Assembly: GCA_002633005.1 (NCBI GenBank) | Contig: NMRA01000149.1 | Span: 140,066 to 204,065 of the forward strand | Reading direction: 5' to 3' | Origin: Phoronis australis | Lineage: Eukaryota; Animalia; Phoronida | Length of the DNA: 64,000 nt | Shown: in pieces, positions 1-14,600 of the stretch | How the letters are laid out: each line of letters starts with the position of its first letter | Numbering within the stretch: the first letter of the stretch is position 1 | Notes under the pieces: model-generated | Database searches by the model: none | Told to the model about the DNA's origin: nothing | Seen by the model: the letters and a program-made list of their open reading frames with translations, nothing else | Translations under genes and position numbers: made by a program

Positions 1-2118
1 GTTTTCTTTTGAAAAAACATTATTTTTGGATAGAGACATGTTAGGCTATCCTAAATTGGTTTTGTTTCCTTTCCACCTTCCTTCATTTGTCTGAGAATTG
101 TAGGGCGGTATGCAAAATGTTTCCTTTTTTATTGTCCGGACACGCCAGGTGTCTTAATGCCTCGATTTTAGGGATGAATATTGGTCTCTTGACTCTCATT
201 CTCAGAAAAATTAAAATTAGCATTAGAACAGCTATGTTTTTCAGCCTTGACATGGAGAAAAAGATGTACATTAATTTATAGTGCAGGACGGATTCATCCA
301 AGATTTCAGGAATAGTTTACAATGACCTGTGACAGCATTTTCGTTTTGGTGACTCTTAGTCAAAGTGCTGCTGTATGGTGGTATGTTACTTTAAGAAGAC
401 ATGGGTCTGGGCAATAAAGTTTAGACATTCTTACATCATATCTTAGCTAACTGGAAAGGCCAATGAGTTCACATGGCTGCCGTTAATAAGTTAAGAGAGT
501 CCAATGTTTACAGGCTTACTTTATTGGGATGTCTAATTTTGACTCAGGGTGTCCATTTTGGTGCCTGTTAGATGAATACCTGGTGTATGGGTGATTGTAT
601 AGTTTGATCTAGGACTCCAATCCTTGGCTCACTCCTTGCACCTTTCTACTTAAGCTCGCCCACGTAGAGTCACGTTGTCAGCTCTGCAAGGTCTACTAAC
701 ATTGCATGAGGGGTGGAATCAAATATATTCATATGAGTAATAATTGGAAAATTTGAAATGCAGTTAACTGTAGTTTTCAGCCTTTCTTCCAAATGTCTGC
801 TTCATGCGATTCCTTTCGAAGTGCAGGAAAGACTAACATTTTTATTAGAAAAACTGTCCCCTGACAAACTCGTAAATATTCTTGTTCCTGAAGAACATGA
901 TTATTTGACATTAATTTGAATATCAAATATTACTGTTTTTCACTGCTGAGACGAGAACATTATACAGTTACTCAAGTCATTAAGTCTTGAGATTTCCCCT
1001 AAATAATTGGAGTCAAGAAAAGAATTTCAGTCACGGTCGACAGTTCTTAATGCACCACGGAGTAGAAGTGTGTAGTCTTTTTATGTCAGTGCCATTCTAT
1101 AATCCCTTGAAGATGGGTATTTCAGTTAAGAAAAGCGTGAAGCTGAGAAGAAATAATATTGTCTCTACGACATCAAAATCCAATTCCTGATTATTGTAAA
1201 TCAAGAAAATGGCTACAAATTTCACAACCAACAAGGACAGCAAAATGACAAGTGAGGTATCTGGCAAACTGGGGTCAGGCCCTGCAAATATAGTTCAGAG
1301 AAAATGCATGAGGACCTCTGCAGTCCCGTAAAGCACAATTTTGCAACAGTCGTCCATCTCCAATAATGGTATAGAATTGAGTCATTGAAGAAATCGTGTG
1401 TAACACAACAAAAAAAATTGCCATGTTTCTGGTGATTCTTGAAATTATGATGGTCAGTATTGTCTTTTTCTAGACTTTGGGTCAGGCACTGACCTTGAGC
1501 AAAGCAATTAATTTTTCAATGTCCCAAATTCGAGAATTTTTATCTTAATTAATAGTGAGTGAACAACTTACCTCCATTGACTTTCTGCAATGCTAAGGGA
1601 GCTAAGTTTCAATTTGGAGTAGAATCGAGTTGCTGATGCGAATTGTGATCTGTGCCAATGGTACCCTATTTCCTACTGCAGCTGATTACAGAGACAGGTA
1701 GCCCACCACTTCAGGCTCTTGTTGACTACTCGAGTTGGTGATCATGGAATGTTATCACTAAACAATTCACAATCGTCTTTTTATTGAATTCATTTCAAAT
1801 CAGCAGTTACTCTGGTTTAAAAATGATCTTCTTTGGCTGTACAACTTTACAAAAGTAGTTTTTGTGCTTTAAACCATGGTAGTTCATCTTTCGTTATTGT
1901 GTTATCTAAGCTGTAACCCAATGTGGGGTTGTGGTGAATGTGACAATGGTCTCAGTTCTTGCCTTCCGCTCTGATCGCCCTCCCATGTTGTGAGTTATGA
2001 AATAGCGGCACACCTCCAGATATGACATGCAGGTCCGCAGCCTCGCTTTCGCTCCTGTGGAGATTCACATGTCGCATCTGTCATCTGAATGCTTTATAGT
2101 TTATGTGATATTTAAGTC

Positions 2119-2218
2119 ATGCCGGGGAAAGTATTGCTGCCCTGCCGTGGGCTGCAGTGCCGATGTGGGCTGTCATATTTCACTCCTTCCTGATGATTCT
2201 GAAGGACGAAAGACGTGA
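2119..2218 (+). pseudogene. Decayed THAP-domain fragment (transposon relic)
   Basis: Allowing frameshifts it reads MPGK-YCCPAVGC...IFHSFPDDSEGRKT(W>stop), resembling the THAP N-terminus C-x-V-x-GC...FH-x-FP-x-D...R-x-x-W. Confidence 0.45.
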
Positions 2219-4776
2219 AAATGTACCAGTCGTGCGCATAGCGCCACTGTTGTGCAATCGCTGTTCTCTTACCTCACGGCAGAGAAGAGCAGTAGGCTAC
2301 TTAGCGGGAGTAGGGAATATGAGAATTGGTATATATGGGTCAGGAGATTGATGTAAGGAACTCTGTCCAAATGGGCAAGTTGCTCATGAATGTTGCAGTT
2401 TGTGCACAAGTTCTCATGCAGTGATATACAGAGTTGACGGTCCATGTATTCTAGCCTGTGGCTTGCTGAATACTTAAAAATTGTTCTGTAATTACATGTT
2501 TTGAATGATAAAATCAGAATGTGAACTGTCAGCTGCTGTGTCTGCAGAATGATCAAGATAATTTTTAGAATATAAAATTCAACAGTTTATTTTATTTCAT
2601 AGTAACCTTGTCGGAACAAAAGTATCAAAATTCATGTTTCCAACTGAAATCCACCATCTTGATGTTTAGTATAGTCCTTTGAATTGGATGTAGACCTAGG
2701 GTGTGCATATTTCTCCTTGCTAACTATTGATTAGTACTAAAGGTCAGTGTCACATTAACTTATCATGGAAGGTTGTTATTAGGGACTGGTGCAGTTGTGC
2801 AGTTATCATATTTCGATAAATGGTGTAATTAAACTGAACTCTTATTGGACTCCTGACATGTCTTAAAACAATGGTCTACTTAGAATATGCAACTTGGGAT
2901 TTCTAATGTCCCCAAGACTCAAGTTGACAACTGACCAGTCCCGTGGCAAGTTCGTAGCAAACGAGACAAAATCTTGGTGATATAGTCAGATGCTTTTGAT
3001 CTGTGTAGTGACAACAAAAATGTTAAACTTCATGCGAAAGATGATTTAGACTGGACTACACTTGAGTTACAACAGTGAATAAACCCCATTAATGCCAATT
3101 GCATAATAGTAATGTGAAAGGTTTAGATTAGTTTATTTTCTTTCCCTAATTTCTTTCATCCAATTGCCTGGGGTATGCCTTATGGTTTGGTTGCATTTCT
3201 GGTCATTTCTTGCTATCAAAACGAAAGTTAGTTAAGCCAGTTTTGGAGTTAATAATACATTAGGTATAGCTTAATGAAAAGGTTGCCATAAAATCACCTT
3301 GGACAAACTTCTGTTGTTTTGCTTATTAGTGAGCCTTATATGTTGACCCATGTAATTGTAGTTTGAAGTATGGAAATGAATATTTTATTTTCCTTAGTAT
3401 CTCCATTGTTTTCAATATCATTTCTGTAAAATCGACTGGTATCTTGCTGTTGAGTCATTTGAACATGACAACACTTTTGTGTACAGCTTCCCACGTTCGG
3501 AATTGAAGATAAATTTAAACTGCAGTCTTGTGGGAAAGACGGCAGTATTGTGGGTTATCTTGCTAACCAAAAATGAGTTCAGACTGCGAACTAATTATTC
3601 CTAACTCTTGCTGAACCCGAATATAACTCTTTTATCTATAGTTGTAACGGTTTTGTAATTGTTACCGTTTGCACTACCCACAGTTAAAACTGTTGTAAAC
3701 ATAGTTCGGGGCTTTAGTTGTTAATAGTTAGTGCTTTCGCTTTCCGATTCACCCCATTTAGAGCCTCAGTGCGCCATTGCTACTGATGAGATTTGACAAC
3801 AGTGCCACCTACATAGTTATAACTTTTACAAGTGCCTTATTCACACCAAGTTACAAGAGTTATAATTTCACGGTAAACCACCTTCATAAAAAGTTATAAT
3901 CCTGCTACAGTTGCACTTTTAAACTGGTTTTAAAGTGTTTGTATCAAGAGTTAACCTGTTTAATTTATAACCACATTGGTGTGAACTGGGCATCTTGTGG
4001 GAAAGCAACTCAATCTTAACTGGTTTTCAAATATTTTCAGTTTTAGTTTCATGCGAACTGATGTTTCAATGCTCAAAATACTAGGATTGCCCTGTTTATG
4101 GAGTACTGTAATGTCAGCAGTGTTGGACACATTACAAATGTTATCAGCGGGTGAGGTTTCATGGTATCCCTTGATCAGTATAGTGTTTCAGATGTTTTGC
4201 TTTCGGGAACTATCGTTATATATTACAAATAACTGGTGTTGGTGAGGCACACTGTTGTCATAGAGACCCTGATTTTCCGTTTTCAAAAGCGTAGAAATCG
4301 TCTTGACCAACAAAATTATGTTTTTTTTTTATTTTACAAATTAGAAAATTCTGTTTTACTAGTTCTATTAGTGATACATTACCTAAAAATGATCCAGAAA
4401 TAACCTTACTTTGTCCTTTGAATTATGGCGCATTTGTATTACCAATATCAGGCTGCGCCTGGTGTCTGCTCAAAACCAATCATCAACCGATATGTTGTCA
4501 AAATTGTGGAATTTGATGGATTGTATTCTTAATTTTTGGTAAGCAAGAATTAAAAGTAGTAGTATAGTATCCACTACTGAGATACAAGCCTGTATTTCCA
4601 TGAAGGAAGTCAAGAGTCCATGAATTGTGTCCGTTTTCCACAATCGTGGGAAATCGGGCTCTGCAGAGAATGAACTGCTTCACCAATTTAACCCAGGTCT
4701 AAGAAAGAGCCTGATCATAAAACAAATATATTCAAAGTAGAGTTGACGCATTGATAATCTCCCACATTTGTGTTAT

Positions 4777-5280
4777 CAAGGCTTGGAATTTTCCGTGGAA
4801 ACGCGGATTTCCGCTTTTTCCAAATGTTCTGTCAGCGCATTTTATTATATTTCCGCGTAAAAAAAAATCGGATTTGATATATAATTTCTGCGGCAAATTT
4901 CTTTCTTACCGCAGCGTTGCCGATGATGTTCACCTCGAAAAGCGGAAGTTGCTCTTTATGTTTCGGAGGAACGTAAATTGTCAACATTGCCAGGGCATCT
5001 GGGATAGTGTGGTGGGATTTTCAATGGCGTCTCGTGTGATTGTAAACCGCGGTGACAAATACTACGGCTCTGCAGCCAAAAATGTGTGGGGGTGGGAGTG
5101 GACGGACGAGCCAAAAAGACGCAGACGCATGCTACTGATGGTGGTAACGTTTTTTTTTTTTTAGTCCTCCCGATTTTTGTCGGCGTAAGGTTCATATCGA
5201 CTATTTCAAGGCTGGGTAGCGCGCATGTTTTGGGCCGTAAAAGTTTCCGCGTTTTTTGTCATTGGTCATTCCAAGCCCTG
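4777..5280. mobile_element. hAT-like MITE with 5-bp flanking duplication
   Basis: Ends CAAGGCTTGGAAT ... ATTCCAAGCCCTG, with GTTAT directly on both sides. CpG-rich interior. A right-end remnant of the same family lies at about 46340-46377. Confidence 0.7.
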
Positions 5281-5685
5281 GTTATTTATAGTCTAGTTTA
5301 GTTTTGCTACTGTGATCAAAACACTAGACCAGGTGACACTTGTTCACAGTTTGTCATGTTTTAGGTGATATCATTATTATCTCCCAACAGGGATTTTCGC
5401 AAACTCTGGTCTTTCAGGAAACGTTCATTCATAATGTGACCTTATGTTTTAGTTAAATATACATTCCTGAAGCTTTTGGCGTCACTTTGCAGACATTTTA
5501 AAAAAGTTCTGAATGAGCAAGCAGTATTTCTCCATCTAGGCACGTATGCCCTGTTGCGTTATCTGCGACATTGAAAGCCATTACTGTAAAGCAATTCGTC
5601 ATGTCGTGCTCGTGTAACTGTGAGTCTCAGTCTCATTGAGAGCGTTTGTTGCACTCTTAACATGTTGACATTTGTTATTCTGCAG

Positions 5686-8600
5686 GATGTCACTTTACAT
5701 GAACTTATGGACGAAGACGATGTCTTACAGGAATGCAAAGCACAGAACCGGAAGCTCATCGACTTGTAAGTGCATGAATACTGTCACAGGCTATTAAATG
5801 CCAGTACATTACTGTGGAAATTGAACGTTGTGATTAGATGATGGAATTCTCATTCATGTTTCTTGAAAACTTAGCTGTGCATGTGCGAACCGGAGATTGC
5901 GCAATGTATATGTCCAATACTCTCAATGTAATTCTGTGGTGAATGACAGATTGTAAAACTCTCAAACAAACCATCCTGCTGGGAATGGCTATTGTCATTA
6001 AAGTTTCTTTATTTTTTTTCAGCCTCGTCCGTCCGGAGATTGTGGAAGAAATGGTCAATTTGATAACACAGGAGCCAGGAGAAGATGTAGAGGAGAAAGT
6101 GAGATACAAGTAAGCACCTTAAAGTTATTGTATATTCAGGCATTCATTGTGTCTGGCATGCAAAGATTCTTGAGGTATATACTGGATGACTTACCATTGT
6201 TGATATTTACTTAAAAACATAGCCAAACTCAGGTTCAACTTTATTTTAGCAACCATTGATAGACTCTTAATTATGGACTGGTGTGCTTCGTCAGCTAGGA
6301 GAACATTTTTTCATTTGCCTATTTTGGTCATTTCTGTGCATTTTTCGTTTAAAGTAACTTTTGAGAAAAAACTTTGTTCCTTAGAAAGGTTTTTCCTTTT
6401 ATCGCTGTTGAATTTATTAACCTAGTTTTTGATTGTTGGCTACTATTTGCGGTTTCTAGTGACTAAATCAGCGAGACGGGTAGAAATTAGGATACTTTCA
6501 TAACTAGCATGGCTGAATTGCTCAAAATGTGCTGCGTCTTCGTATAAATCACTAATGTAGCATGTTACGACTTCTTGTCTGCTAGGTATCCCAACACTGC
6601 GTGTGAACTGCTGACCTCTGATGTGCCCCAGATTAATGATATGCTGTCCAATGAAGATGGTCTCTTGAAAAAGGTTTACGCCTTCCTGGAGGGGGAGGGG
6701 CCACTCAACCCATTGCTGGCTAGCTTCTTCAGTAAAGTCATGGGTCTACTGATATCTAGGAAAAGTGAATTTGTAAGTTGTTGGTGAAGATCGAACAATC
6801 GAAATTCAATTGATGTCTTATTGAAGTCCTTGTACACTACTTGATGAGATTCTGCATAAAATTTGAGAGATTTAAATTGGAGAGCAACACTTGATGTTAT
6901 CTTTACATGTAACTAAAATTCCTGGTTGTCTCGAAAAGATATTTTTCAGTATAAAAGCTGTTTCTGTACCCTCTGCAGCTATAAAAGCAACTATAGAAAG
7001 GTGACGTAACCGACCCAGCAAAATGCATGTATCTTGTTATGTGCCACACACTCGTATGTTTATACACATGCCGTCATCTACGTCCGGCGTTCATTGCTGT
7101 ACCTCTAAAGACCCTGGATGGATATTCATAAAATTTTGCACATACGTTCCTACCAAGGATGGGACAGCACGAGTGAATTTTCAGATGAATCCGACTATTG
7201 GTGTGCCCTCTAGTGGCAATTTTAGTTTTTTTGCATTTGCCTCTATATCGTGAGTTTCGCGACGTTTTTTCATGAAATTGGCAAATAGGTCTCTATTAAA
7301 GCGGCAACACCACCGTCTCATTTTCTGATGGATTCAATATACTTTGCGTTACCTAATGTCCATTTTTACCATTTTCGAGTCATCACTCTGAGGATCATTA
7401 TGAAAGTTGGCATATTTGTTCTTACTGGGAAGAGCTTAGCTGCCGATTACTTTTGGACGGCTTCAACTACTGTGACATCCCCTCGGGCATTTTTTGCATC
7501 CGCAGCTGTATCTCCTAAACCCTTAGCAGGATATTTGTTAAGTTTGGTAAGTTTGTTTCTATGAAGGTGACAACAGATAACAACAATGACAACAGGTTAC
7601 CATTTTACTCTGTATCTTTAGAGATTGTTGAAATTTGGAAAATAGGCAATGTTGTTTGCCTGTGGTTCAATATCTACCAAGTTCCTTGATTAGGATCATC
7701 ATGAAATTTGTGTTTTTATTCAGGAGAGTACAGACAAATGTGGATTTCGCGTCAAATCTTAACTATTATGGAGTCCCTATTGCCAAGTTTTGCTTTTCCT
7801 TGTGTTTGTTTTGATATCTGTCAAATTCCTTGATGCATCACATTTGGCAAATAAGTTGATATGACGTAGGCAGAAGATAAAGCCTTGTTTCAGATAGACG
7901 GGTGTACATTGTGCCCCTTAGTTAAAATACTGATCATTCCTTATATCCACACTGTGTGCAATACACACGGTGGGTACATTTCAATGCTCTGTTTTGATCT
8001 TCTTTCTACATTCGCTTCATTTGATAAAAACATTATGACAGAAATTAGGTTGTATCCAATAATGAGTCAATCAGTGTGTTTGCCCAATGGAGGTGAATGT
8101 AGACGTAAGACATTGGCCTTTTTACTACGTCATTTACTTCACTTTTCTGTTGTTGCATTCAAAGCTGTAGATGGCTAGAGAAACAGTAATTGGCACTGAA
8201 AAATTTTTAAGAGTTAACAAGAGATCTTTATTTCAGTAATTATAACATAAAAATTGTGAGTTTCCCCTTTAATGGTTGTTGAAAGTAATTGATGCAGCTT
8301 CAGCAACAAATGTTTCTGCTTTCAGTTATGAGATATCACAGTCACGCACCATTTCACTTCATTGTTGTTGGCATTAGATGATCATTTTGTATCACTTTCA
8401 CAGTGTAGCATGCTTAATTAGCTGAAAATAAAACATACCGCTACATTGTTCATGTTTGGTATGTGTATCTTTTTGTCACAGTTGAAAGAACCAGAACAAC
8501 TATTGGATGTATTTGTTGTGGCCTATGGTTATACTAGATCACTTGAATAATTAGTAGTGAGGTAACGTTGCAACAAAATAGAATTGATACCAATTACAAT

Positions 8601-11600
8601 ACAGCACTTCCAAATGCATTGAATGATGCGAGAAATCAGTGTGTGTTAAGCAGATGTCTACATCATGTGACACAAACAGCATGTTCTGTTGCAGATGCTG
8701 GAGTTCCTGAAGAGCCGGGAGGACTTTGTCGGCAACCTTCTACATCACATGGGTGTGTCGGCCATCATGGACCTTTTACTGAGACTGATCACTTGTATAG
8801 AGTCAGCAGACACCAGGACTGCTGTGTTAGTTGTGAGTACACCAATTCTGCTTGGCTGTGGATAGAAAAGTGTATGAACATAATTTTATGTCTAATGCTC
8901 ATGCCGCACACAGAGCTTTTGCAAAATGTTTGTCACCAATTATGTTCTATCCTCCTACCGATTTCCTAGGTGACAACAGACCAAGTATGCTTTTGTGGCT
9001 GATGTTAAGGTCTACCAATATTCACTCCAGTGGACTCTGAAAAATATAGCGTCCTATACTTTTTTCTCTTCAATTTCCTTTTCTGTAACTGAAAAAGAAA
9101 TATTCCTGTTTGTAGTCGGAAGGCTACATTTGTCATTTATTTCATATATCCTGTCACTACTGCTTGGTGAAAGGCACTCACTGATAAATAGCAAACCACG
9201 ATTGTGTACTAGGACGGTTTACAAATAAGTAGAATTTACTTAGTTGTAGTTCCCATCAATCACGATTGATAAGAAAATCTAACTTCATCGTGATCATGGT
9301 TTGTAATGGACATTATCATGCAATATTTATTGAAATTTTGACATCTTCAAGATTAAAAGAGGCCTTGAAAATGTTGATCTTTTATCAGAAATTGAAGAGT
9401 TTGTACTCGCTCATTTTGTGATATTTTTATTTGTTTTCAGTGGTTGGACCAACAGAACCTCGTACAGAAACTTGTTAGTCTAATAGACCCGGTACATTCA
9501 AATGATGTGAGTGTGAATGTTTTAAATCATCACTTATCACCATGTCTTGGTTAACTTTTTCTGGATTGCTTCCACCTTATTGGAATACGTGCAATGCCAT
9601 ATCTGGTCTAAGTACTCCGATTGTGAACTCCTTTTAAAGTCTCTATTACTGGCAGTTGCACAGTACTGACCACTTGTGCTGTGACAAAAACATCCAACAG
9701 GGTGTTGACATTGTGTGAACATTGTTGTCTGGTGCCATCTCTTAATGTGTTTGTTGTCTCGTTTTTTCAGAAGCACTGTAATGCTGCCCAGTCCTTGTGT
9801 GATATCATACGTCTTAGTCGAGAACAGTTTGCTCAACTGCAGGATCAAACTGTGGATGATCCACTATTGATTGCTGTAGAAAAGTAAGTAAGCTGTAACC
9901 AAAGGATTTTGATGTGGCTGTATGTTCTAGTTTTTCAAACTTTCAAGTTGCAACATTTTGACTGCATCCAAAATTGGAAGTTTTTGCTTCGATTTATTTG
10001 ACTTTGCATGACTTTGATGACAATCATATGGCAAGTCAGTCTTAAAAAACTGGTGGGTAATTTTCAGCATGTATTTTATCCTTTCTCAAGTTGCGTGCTT
10101 AGGTACTCGAATCCCATTATTGGTTAAAGCGTGCTGATTCAACTGTTGCATTGGCAACTAACCTTGTAGCAAATTTTGTTGCATTGGCAACTAACCTTGT
10201 AGCAAATTTTTTGAAGTTTGTGACTGAGTACATATGCATGCAATTTGGGTGTTGTGTTTGTAGCCTTTTCTTGACTTGTAATATTATTTCTTTGCTCATT
10301 TCAGTCCTGAAACAGTTGGTGACCTACTTAGTCACATGTTTGACAGTGAACGCAATGAGTCAGTAATCACCAACGGTCTCACAGTCATCCAAACCTTAAT
10401 AGAGTTCAAAAGGTCAAGGTGAGTTAGCAAGGCAATGCATTTTCTCATTTCATCGGTCTCCACACATGTCGATCTTCGCACGTCGTTTTAAGCAGTCTCC
10501 CTTCAAAGGTGACAAGTCAATTTGGGTACGCAATGTATGGTATTTACTGTTCATATCAACATTACTGTCACTGTAAGTACAGACAGACACACCACAGCTG
10601 CTAACTACTGGGGGTTTATCCGTATTCTTAATAACTATGGTTTTTGCAGTGGCTTGGGCGAGTTCAGGACTGAAAATTCAAGTAAATAGTAGAATTAAGC
10701 GAGAGTTCATGGTCTAACCTTTAAGCTGCATTGTAGGTGTCATTGTAAGATGAAATTTGTATATCTGGCTTCCCTTTTCGTGTTAAATACAGAAAGCAGT
10801 TAGATCATGTGACCATCATCTGAATTACAACTGACTGTAACAGTGTTGATCTTGGGTGTGATTAAGAATTGTTATGGTGCATTTGTTTTCTTTTTGCATT
10901 AACGGAAAATTCTTTAAAGCTGAAGGTAACCATCATTTGTTGAGAGAAACATGGAAGATGGTAACAGTGTCATTGATAAGTAAGCGTATTAATGAAGCAA
11001 CAACTGCCTGTCAGTTCCTCTCAAGCCTAGAAGTCATTTCTAATCTTAGTAAGGAATGAAGTGAGACCTATTTTAAAACAGTAAGTAGCCTAAATCAAAG
11101 TTGTTCTTTGGCCCAATGCGTGGGTTTGTTACCCCTGTCAGTACGGTATGTCGGTTGTTGTTGGTGTTGTGTGTAATTCCTGTCTCTTGCCTGACGTGGT
11201 CAGAATCACTGACGGTTTTTACAGCCCCGAAGGTTGTGGTGAGCAGATGTCTGCCCAGGAGGCGGAGCGTCTAGCCCAGGGGGTCAATAACACCCTTGTG
11301 GCAGTAAAACCTCGCCTGAAAGATCTCAGTAGTCTCCTGTCTGATCCTCCAAAGGTAAGCTCACAGGCGAACGCCACACCACTGTTGGTTTTTTCCATAC
11401 TTTCGAAAACTGCCAAAGCAGACTCGTAATAATGGTTAAAATTTAGTTGCAGAGCTTTTGTGCCAGTTCTCTAGTTTTTTACTTTCGTTTTCTTTGCTCC
11501 TGGCTCCTTCATTTGCCATCACCAGTCTCCTAAGCATCTTAAGTTTGACTTCTCTTTTCACTTTGTCAGTTTTTTCTCCAAACTCTATTGACATAATTTA

Positions 11601-14600
11601 GATACTTTTATGAAATATTATCAACTTAAGGCTACTCCCTGATAGCAGTTTTTCAATGTCTCGTATTGTCTGGAGCTACACTGCTTGGAAACTGGAGTGT
11701 CTATGTTAGTTTACTGAAATTGTTAATGCTTCAGTTGCCAAAATGTAATTTCCTGGTAATTATCTACTGGATTGTTTGCCGTTCAAATGAGCTTCACAAG
11801 TTATCCCATTCAACTTAATTCTTGTTCGATGGGTAGTGTCACCAGTGATATCCTGCTGTGGATTACATTATCAGAGCTGCATTCTCTAGACTCGAGGATA
11901 GAAATCTTTGCTTATGTAATGAATAGGGCGAAGTCTCAGAATCCAACATTCCAATATCACCGACTAATCACTTTACTAGCTGCCATTTTGCTTAGGTTAC
12001 GTTAGTAAGGTCTCGAGTATACTCCAAAAACACTCCTCTTTCACTTGTGTTATTTTGCGTGATCTTGGGTTTTCTTGCAAGAAGCTTTATCTACTGAAAA
12101 CTAACCATAATGTACTACAATCTCTGTGTGTGATACGTGTCATTATATCTCCACAGCAAAATTACTGTGCAATGTCGACGACGGCTGGCGTGCTGACTCC
12201 GCCCCTCGGCAACACAAGGTTACAAGTGTCCAGGCTAGTCGCCTCTCTGCTACAGGCCAACACACATAGTATATTTGTGGAGCTAGCTAACTTAGGGACC
12301 ATCAACTTGTTTTTGGTTTGTACTTTGTATGCATTTTAGGAAATACTGGTCACTCTCAACAGTCATACTTTCTGTTCCAAGATGCAATGGCCGGGATTTT
12401 ATTAACGTTGTCTTAACCTAACGTCGTCCCTAATCATTTCTTGTCAGTTGTGCAACTGATTCTGTTTAGGCAAGTTGTGAAGTATTAGGACAGCAAAGTG
12501 TTGTACTTAATAATTCCTAATTTGCCATTTCAACACAACTGACGGATAATCAATATTATGATTGCTTCCGTGACTAGTTCTGTGAAATGAAATGTGCTCT
12601 TTACCACAATGATATTCATAAACTTAACTAGTATTCATATCTTCACAGTCAATATTAACTTGGTAAAGACTATTGTTGGATACATTACCAGACTTATCTA
12701 GGGTTTCAAAAAGGATCCAAATTTAAGGTGTGACTTTGAAGGCCCAAATTGCCAGAAAGGGTCATCCCCCTTGTGCCTAGGGAGAATTTTTTACACCTGA
12801 AAATATGACAATTCTTGAATTTTCAGTCTGTAACTTTAGCTTTATTTGTGAATTGTTTCAAAGACAATGGATATAGAGAAATGAGATACTATAAAAAGGC
12901 TTGCTTGTTGTTGAATTAAACTGGTATCTGAATGAAAGTGGGAGCTGTTCTTGAATTTTGCTAACAAAGACAATGAATTCACTAAAGAAAAACAATATAG
13001 TAGATAAGCAAAAAACAGGCAAGTATGCAGTTGTCATCGGATTGCAATATGAATTGATGTCTCACCTGAAATGGTAGTAATGACTGTCTGTGACATTGGA
13101 GACAAATAGTTCATTGTCTTGACTTGTTGATGACTTGATGTAGGTACAAAAGCGCTTGACAAGAAAGATATTTAGGTCACTTACAGTACTTCAGGGGGCT
13201 ACTTATAGATCTTCACTTCTGGAACTTTCAAAATGGCTTTCAAGTGAAACCAGCAATAAATAGTTATTTTCAAAAAGTTAGGTTTGTCAAATTTCAAGAT
13301 CTTCAGAGAACTCGAGAACTGGAATCCAGGTCACTTTAAATAAAAACATTCCGGGGTATTAAAGGATTGTTCAGCTGCAGTGAAGTAATGCCCAACAATC
13401 CTGGTTTATGACTGAACATTTTTGGAAATCATGTTGATGTTGCCAATTTTAAGTTTTAATAACTCTTTGTCAGAGATATTTAAACTCTGTTTGGTAGCCT
13501 TCTCATCTAAGCCATTCCTTTTAAAGAGAGAACGGCCAAGATAGTCACTAGATTAATCCTGGATGTATTACACCTCATCTGTGTATGCTTGTATGGTTTC
13601 TCCTCAGGACCTGTTCTTTCAATATCAGTGGAATAACTTCCTACACACTCAAGTAGAGTTCTGTATCAACACGATACTAAACAGTACTGGTGCCAGCAGC
13701 AATGAGGAAGGCGTTAAAGTTCAGGAGAACCCTCTCCTGGTTAAGGTAGGCCTGCCACCTCAACTGTGTTGTAGCTTTGTTGAAACTACACAAAGTCAGT
13801 TTAAAGTCAACTTACTCTGGTCGACTTAGTGCAAACATTCAGATAATTAAAACTTTGGGTAGATTTTCTTCAGTCGAATGTCTTGCAGTTTAAGCTGGGC
13901 TGTATTTAATTTGACTTTTTTTTCAGTTATTTGACGAGTGCAACTTGGTTGGTAGAATTCTAGATGCTTGGGAAGAAAATGACCTCGCCGTGTAAGTTTG
14001 TTAGCCCATTAGGAGTACTTGGTTTTAGTTAGGAGATTCCTAGAAGGTTCTTCACCACTTAATCACCTCACTTGAATATTTGATTTCTTTTGCACACTCT
14101 GGTCTTACTACTTGAGTGGGCACTGTAAAAGTCATATGCTGACTTCTAGGAAGTTAAAGTAAAACTTCGAAGTAATGATATAAACGAACACGCTTGCCTT
14201 TCACTGTAATTTTTGTGCTTGTCTCAGTACATAAGAATTATTGTGCACTGGGGATTTCCAAAATGAGCTCCCACCAGGAAAAATCTTTCAAAAATGAGGT
14301 TATTGTGTATGTCTGATGTATTTAGAAAATGTGGGCAAAATGTGAATATTGTCTTTAAATTTTTAATCTTTAAAAGGACTATTAAAATATTTCTAGTTGA
14401 CCAAATGTACGCTGTCGACAAAGTAAAATCTTTCTTTTACATCATGCGTTAAAGACTCCTGTCTGAATGATGATGTTGTGGGCAGCAATACAAGTAACGT
14501 GTATGTATACACTGCCTATTAGGTGTTTGTAACCATTCTGCTATATAGGCAGACAGTCAGTACCTTATGGTTTTTCCAGCTCTCGCCCTGGTGGCCAGAG

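Noticed and set aside
2190-2212. Hammerhead-ribozyme-like core CTGATGA-TTCTGAAGGAC-GAAA
   Set aside because: The stem II closing pair is mismatched, no stems I/III with an NUH cleavage triplet could be built, and the stretch is better explained as part of the THAP relic.
3575-3991. Possible old MITE with AGTTCA.AC/TAACTCTTG inverted motifs
   Set aside because: The inverted similarity is too degenerate to define ends or a TSD.
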